NCBI GenBank assembly: GCA_965603825.1
Contig: CBFDEM010000022.1
Location: forward strand, 310,001-374,000
Length of the DNA: 64,000 bases
DNA from: Blepharisma stoltei ATCC 30299
Lineage: Eukaryota > Protista > Ciliophora
Reading direction: 5' to 3'
Part shown: positions 58,166 through 64,000 of the stretch, piece after piece
Position numbering within the stretch: position 1 is the stretch's first letter
Layout: every line of letters starts with the position of its first letter
Translations under genes and position numbers: made by a program
The notes under the pieces: model-generated
The model's database searches: none
Told to the model about the DNA's origin: nothing
The model's input: only the letters and a program-made list of their open reading frames with translations

Positions 58166-59194
58166 TTTATTATAAGACTGAGATTTTCTTATGAAAATGG
58201 TGGGATTAAGGGTAAAGAGGATGAGAATTGATGAGTAAATAAAAATAAAATGAGATTGGAATGCAAATTTATATGATTTGTCTGAGGAAAATTTAATTTA
58301 TAATCGTTAAGTTTATTGTGCATTACTGAATATTATTAAATATGTTGATAAAATTAAGGAATTATGGGTTTTTGAGTAAAATTTAAGATTTTTTAAATAT
58401 TTTGAGGAGGTTTTACATTTAATTTTTGATTTAATCTGAGACTTTAGCATCTATTATGACTATGTTTAAAACTTTATTTATCGTAAAAGTTTCTTATGCG
58501 AGAATTCAGAGGTCAATTACATTTCAAACCGAATAAAGTAAAATCGTTCGGATTATTGATAAAATTGCTATCCCTTTATTATTCTTTGATATCTCTGGAT
58601 ATTCTAATTGATGCCATCAATCATATACTATTAAGCTCTCTTAAACGTATTTAGCAGTTTCTAATATTCTTCTACGTTAAGCTTCGATTATGCTTCTATT
58701 TCTTCCATAAACTCTCTTTTTTTTCTTTAAAATTCTAAGAATTCCTTTTTTTCCATTTCTTTAATTAAGGGTTGCCCTATATTGCCATTCTATTTTATTA
58801 ATTTTCAAGCTATATTCAATGCTTTTTAAAAAACTTGATCTCCAATGGCCCTTATCTTTGATGATTAATTTTTAAAATAGACTATCAACAAATAGATTCC
58901 CACGACTAAGAGGAAAGATCTCAATAAATATTCCTATAAATGCAATCCCTAGTCAATTAATCGTGCTGGTAGCAGCTAAAGAAGCTTATTTCACAATAAG
59001 CCTATAAATTATGCTAAATGATCACAATTTCAAAACTTTATAAAGTATGCATAAAGAAGAAAATTAAATCCTATTAAAAAATCACTTAATGAATGATTTT
59101 ACTTTAAAATTGATAAAAAGCCTCGCCATTAGTAATGCTGCATCTTACTTAAATAATCGGAGTTATCTTGATAGTTTAAATTAAATAAATCCTA

Positions 59195-60955
59195 TTAAAC
59201 TATATGATAGACTTTTTCGACAGCATTAATAAAGATTTGTGTGCTCACAACCTTCTCCAAGAACTTTACATCCCCAGATGGTGCATTATCTATCAAAATT
59301 TTCCCCAGTTCTTCTATATCCAAATATTTGCTCTCCAATCTGGATGGCTGCCTTGGCAGCAGTTCAAGTATACTCTGCCAATATCTTCCAATTTCATCTA
59401 TAATTCCATCATAAGCATTTTTCTGGTCGCTTGATGGGGTATAGCAGACTCTTCCAGTGAATTTTTTATAAGGAACACTCAAAACATTTTTTAAATTATT
59501 CGCAAATGGCTCTTTCACTGACTTAGATATCGCATTTGTCCTTAAAATTCTTTTAGATATTTTTGGCTCATCCAAAATTACTCATATAATATGTGAATAT
59601 TTTTTATTTGTGTATGACTGAGGCGCTGTTGGAAGTCCCACAAGCAAAGGAACTGGGGCTTCTAAGACATCTTTTAATGACTCAGGCAAAATTGGGGTCA
59701 ATAAATGTGTCCAGTTAAATGGCCTCAATAGTGAATAAAATCCTAAGACACAACTACTGACATAGTCAAGGTTTCTGCTTACAAAGACTACAGATTTTTC
59801 TTGAATTAATGCGCATAAAAGCCAGAAAAAGTCTTTAAATTCTAATAGAGAAAATAATAAAGGGCAAAAATAAGAAGAGTCCAATAAAGATAAATCACTA
59901 GGAAGTGAATAGTATATATCATTAATCGAATGCAGATTTATCATTATTTGCAAGGTTGGTATAAGCGAATAATTTGTATAGTAATCCTGCAATAATCCAA
60001 TTTCTTCATCACTAATCATCCTCTGCTTTCGAAAAACAGACTCAATAGACCCTCGATTATAAGGAGAGCGCTCTGAAATGCTGCTTAGTCTTTGAATCTG
60101 CTTTATAGCAAGAATTTTATAAAGAATCTCAAAGTGAAGCTCAAATGTAGGGCAATATGATACTAAGCAGTAGCATTTTGGAATTATTATATGTGTGTTT
60201 TCAATTTGTTGGTCAGTGCTAAGATCTTCGATAATGACACAACAGCAATATAAAAGCTCTTTTTCAGAATTTGCCATATTCTCATAAGGGAATTTTTCTT
60301 CAGTGCTATTTGATTTTAATGTAAACACAAAGCTGTTCCCTTCTCTCTTTTGATGTGGCCTCAATACCTCATGCACATCACTGGCAGACTCTGTGAGCCC
60401 TAAATATCTTACTGTAACCCCTGATGGAAATGAAAAATTCCCGATTGCTCTATATTGTGGGCTTGAATTTGTGATGTTTCTGGATGGGTACTGATAAAGA
60501 ACTTCTGCCTCAGCGATTGTTCCAGGCCTGACTTTTCGGTCTTCGCTGATACCTAAAATAAAAAATTCTTCGAAAAGTTTGTTGGCTTTTGGGGTGTTGC
60601 TTTCTCTAGAAAAAGGGTTAAGCTGGCCTTCGGTTTCTTTATGGAGCATTTGTTTCATACTTAGAGCCTTGCTAATTGAGGATTGGAGTGTGTTGCTGGA
60701 GCCGCATAAAGTTTGGGCTAATTCGTCGATTTGTTGATTAGGGATAGTTAAATAATCTAACTGCTGTCTTTGCGACAAAGCTTTGATTTGAGATTGAAGA
60801 TTTTCTATCAATTCTTGGTCTTTTTTACTTCTTTCTGAGGCCTCAGTAAGAGACGCAATTAACTCAGCATTTTTTTCACGCAGCTGCTGATTTTGGTTTA
60901 AAATGCTGAAATATCGATCTCTTCAGTAGAGAATCTCATCATCTTTGCTTTGCAT
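59195..60955 (-). CDS. DENN domain protein (Rab GEF)
   Basis: LFEEFFILG, F.FP.G, FVFTL, KCYCLVS..P.F, EKSVVF.S, LL.PF.W.H...PILP....DVLEAPVP.LVG, F......TQ.F; start 60955 via TGA. Confidence 0.9.
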
Positions 60956-61092
60956 TTTTATAGGAGATTAATAAGATATTCTAATAATTATCGTATAAAA
61001 TAAAAATATAATTAAGCACGATGCTCTCTGATTTCTTGTATTTTTAGAGAAAATTTTTACTAAATTTTCTTGAAAATTACATATAAATAAAA

Positions 61093-62001
61093 ATGAGCTC
61101 GGTTCGTGAAATAGAAATCAGCGAAGCTATCTGTGGCAAGACTAGCCTTTATTCTTTCCCTTCTCAAAGCGCTACTAACGCAAATACCATGAAGCTTCCG
61201 CAATGCTCGTTATCAGAACCAATTCTCAGGATACGAAATCTCTCAAAAATATACAAAATGCCAGGACGAGAGGAGTCTGTTATTGCACTGAAAAGTATCA
61301 ATCTCGTCGAATCAACTGAATTCGGCCCAATTCGTGAAGGCGAATTCATCATAATTCGTGGACCATCTGGAGGTGGCAAAACTACTCTTCTCAACATGAT
61401 TGGGACTATCGACACCCCCACTGAAGGCGAAATCGAGCTATTTGGGACGTTTATCTCTAAAAATTCCTCTGACAGCTATTTATCCAAGCTCAGACTTGAA
61501 CATATAGGTTTTGTGTTCCAGTCGTTTAACTTACTCGCTACTATGACAGCGTTCGAAAACGTTGCTCTTCCTATGAACCTACTAGGAAAACTGAATAAAA
61601 AAGAAATCAGACTGAAGGTCAGAAGCTTATTGACAAAAGTAGGGCTTCAGGACAGGATGGACCATTTACCCTCAGAACTATCTGGAGGTGAGCAGCAAAG
61701 AGTTGCTATAGCAAGAGCTCTTGCAAACAGTCCCGAATTGCTGCTGCTAGATGAGCCTACTGGAGATTTAGATAGCCGAAGCACTGTAGATGTCATGAAT
61801 TTACTATTAGATATAAATATGGGGAAGACTGGAGAAAGGCCTACTACCTGCATTATGGTTACACATAATCCTGAACTTGAGTGTTACGCTGATAGAATTT
61901 TGTACGTGAAGGATGGGGAATTCCAATTCCAAGCCTACAATAGTGAAAAAACACCTTTGGTTTATGAAGATTATGTCGCATTTTTAGATGTTAATCCTTA
62001 A
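61093..62001 (+). CDS. Stand-alone ABC ATPase, LolD/MacB/FtsE type
   Basis: GPSGGGKTT, IGFVFQSFNL...MTA.ENV.LP, ELSGGEQQRVAIARALAN.P.LLLLDEPTGDLD, VTHN. Confidence 0.92.
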   Translation: MSSVREIEISEAICGKTSLYSFPSQSATNANTMKLPQCSLSEPILRIRNLSKIYKMPGREESVIALKSINLVESTEFGPIREGEFIIIRGPSGGGKTTLLNMIGTIDTPTEGEIELFGTFISKNSSDSYLSKLRLEHIGFVFQSFNLLATMTAFENVALPMNLLGKLNKKEIRLKVRSLLTKVGLQDRMDHLPSELSGGEQQRVAIARALANSPELLLLDEPTGDLDSRSTVDVMNLLLDINMGKTGERPTTCIMVTHNPELECYADRILYVKDGEFQFQAYNSEKTPLVYEDYVAFLDVNP

Positions 62002-62013
62002 TTTATTAATAAA

Positions 62014-62703
62014 ATGAGAAAAACTATCATCGCTCCTTCTGTTTTGTCAGCTAATTTATCATGCTTATTAGAAGACTCACGCAATGTGATTGACCAAGGT
62101 GCTGACTGGATACATTTGGATGTGATGGATGGACACTTTGTCCCAAATTTGTCATTTGGGCCACCAGTTATAAAGTCATTGAGGGATGGGATTTCCGATG
62201 TCTTTTTTGATTGTCATATGATGGTAAGTCATCCTTGGAATTGGGTAGAGGCTGTAAAAAAGGCTGGAGGCTCTGGCTATACTTTTCATATAGAAACAAC
62301 TCCGGAGGAGTCTCAATTTTTTGGATTATTAAATGATATCAGAGCTAAAGGGATGAAAACTGGAATAGCCTTGAAACCAGGAACACAGCTTTCAGAGATG
62401 CTTTATGATGGAATTAGGAGAGGATTAATTGATATGGTATTGATTATGACGGTAGAACCAGGGTTTTCAGGGCAGAAATTTATGGCTGATATGATGGAAA
62501 AAGTAAGAAGCCTTAGGAGAGATTTTCCAGAGCTGAATGTTGAAGTAGATGGAGGGGTGAAGGTGGAAAATATTGATATAGTTGCTGATGCTGGAGCAAA
62601 TGTAATTGTTTCAGCAACTGGGGTTTTTGAGCATCCAAATCCAAGAGAAGCAATTAGAGTTATGAGAGAGAGTATAGATAGTAAACAAAATAATAGTAAT
62701 TAG
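62014..62703 (+). CDS. RPE: Ribulose-phosphate 3-epimerase
   Basis: IAPSVL, HLDVMDGHFVPNLSFG, DCHMMV, FHIE, MTVEPGF.GQKF, EVDGG. Confidence 0.97.
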   Translation: MRKTIIAPSVLSANLSCLLEDSRNVIDQGADWIHLDVMDGHFVPNLSFGPPVIKSLRDGISDVFFDCHMMVSHPWNWVEAVKKAGGSGYTFHIETTPEESQFFGLLNDIRAKGMKTGIALKPGTQLSEMLYDGIRRGLIDMVLIMTVEPGFSGQKFMADMMEKVRSLRRDFPELNVEVDGGVKVENIDIVADAGANVIVSATGVFEHPNPREAIRVMRESIDSKQNNSN

Positions 62704-63410
62704 GGAATTTTTATGGGTTTACTAAAATCTCCCTTTAATGGTTGGAAGCCAACTTAGCCTTCATATTTTCTAATCTTTAAGGCAGATAAATTATTATCTC
62801 TTCTGCAGCAATAATTCCAGCGAATACTCAACATATTGTTAAGTTTTATAGAAAAATCCCTTTAATAGTTCATAAGCAAGGAATTCGCCCACTCATCGAA
62901 CTATTCATAGGAATTAAGTATAATAGATCTTGTTGACTTAATGTATAATAAACATATATTTCCTCTTCTAAACTACAAATTTGATGATTTTTAAACTCTT
63001 TATTTATTTCAATTTAAATATATATAGCAATTGAATAGCAGTTTTGGTCTCATATTCAATTATATGAAAGATAAAGCTTAAAGCGACGGGAGATAACAGA
63101 ATGCTCTCTTGATGAGGCAATTGAACTTTAAGGATAATGCGAACTGGAGTGAATATCGAGCTGAAAATTAAGTTCAGCATCAGGAGATGAGCATCGGTAG
63201 TTCAGCCGCTGAGCTTCAAAATGGAGGAGATTGAGATGCCAATATTTCTTTTAATGCTTGAGTAATTCATCAATTGAGAAACCAGGGATTTAAACACAAC
63301 CAAATTCCATCTAAATTTATAACTAAGAGTGATTATAATTTTCCTATAGATTTTTGATGTGTATTAATTACTATTTTAATTATTCCATTGATAAGTTCAC
63401 TGATATTTAA

Positions 63411-64000
63411 ATGGCCCATACGCTATTTCCACTCCCTTATTCCTATACAGCTCTTGAACCTCATATGGATGCTAGAACTCTTGAAGTCCATTATACAGCT
63501 CATCACAATTCTTATGTGACCAAGCTAAATGCAGCTCTTGCTGATTTCCCGGACAAAGCCAATCTCGATCTTACTGCTTTGCAGCATCTTGTATCAGGCA
63601 CTAACCCTGCTGTCATCAACAACGCAGGTGGACACTATAATCACACTCTTTTTTGGCAGAATATGGGCCCTGTTGGTTCTTCAAACCCAGCTCCATTTGG
63701 AGAACTTGCTGCCAAAATTGATCAAAAATTTGGCTCATTTCAAGCTTTTAAAGAGCAATTTACAGCTGCCGCTGTTAATAAATTTGCATCTGGTTGGGCA
63801 TTTTTGACTGTCAAGCAGGATGGGACGCTTGAAGTCCATAACACTCCTGGACATGAAAACCCTCTCATGGACGGAATTGGAACAGTCCATGGAGTCCCAA
63901 TTCTGACTTGTGATGTTTGGGAGCATGCCTATTATTTGAAATATCAACAGAGGAGGCCTGAATTTGTGGAAAATTGGTGGAAAATTGTCAACTGGGATGC
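63411..64000 (+). CDS. SOD: Fe/Mn superoxide dismutase without targeting peptide; 3' end runs off the window; absent from the ORF track
   Basis: Manual translation: MAHTLFPLPYSYTALEPHMDARTLEVHYTAHHNSYV..LN...NNAGGHYNHTLFW...FASGWAFL...TPGHENPL...CDVWEHAYYLKYQQRRPEFVENWWKIVNWD. Confidence 0.96.
   Translation, partial: MAHTLFPLPYSYTALEPHMDARTLEVHYTAHHNSYVTKLNAALADFPDKANLDLTALQHLVSGTNPAVINNAGGHYNHTLFWQNMGPVGSSNPAPFGELAAKIDQKFGSFQAFKEQFTAAAVNKFASGWAFLTVKQDGTLEVHNTPGHENPLMDGIGTVHGVPILTCDVWEHAYYLKYQQRRPEFVENWWKIVNWD

Noticed and set aside
63529-63947. ORF-track entries 63529-63807 (+) and 63735-63947 (-)
   Set aside because: Wrong-frame or antisense overlaps of the SOD gene starting at 63411
1-64000. 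Many genes look like pseudogenes broken by stops
   Set aside because: The breaks are TGA at conserved Trp sites or 15/16-nt introns; frames are otherwise intact
1-64000. TGA as selenocysteine, or a Mycoplasma/mitochondrial origin
   Set aside because: TGA aligns with Trp rather than Cys, and gene content and GT-AG introns are nuclear eukaryotic

Overview
Gene-dense, AT-rich eukaryotic DNA, most consistent with the macronuclear genome of a heterotrich ciliate (Blepharisma-like). TGA reads as Trp and only TAA/TAG act as stops, and spliceosomal introns are just 15-16 nt (GT...AG with an A at intron position 10, or 11 in one case). The supplied standard-code ORF track is therefore fragmented. Re-reading it with TGA=Trp and the tiny introns gives about 47 protein genes, including Fab1/PIKfyve (runs off the left edge), CBP20, a sorting nexin, ALAS, an inositol 5-phosphatase, two DUSPs, SRD5A, a Trf4-like nucleotidyltransferase, RING-less NOT4, an RBR E3, PEX11, PXMP4, eIF2A, an SK channel, ELP6, DP, DHHC, DENN, a LolD/MacB-type ABC ATPase, RPE and an Fe/Mn SOD (runs off the right edge). 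I saw no rRNA, tRNA, CRISPR, telomere or transposon. Most unusual: (1) a bacterial-type PF09820 AAA-ATPase-like gene with a degenerate Walker B, no C-terminal nuclease and a putative mitochondrial presequence; (2) a leaderless bacterial-like SOD with a GGH plus second-shell His signature; (3) extreme gene packing, with 7-18 bp spacers and stop codons overlapping in TTAA. Family calls come from motif recognition by eye, not database searches.
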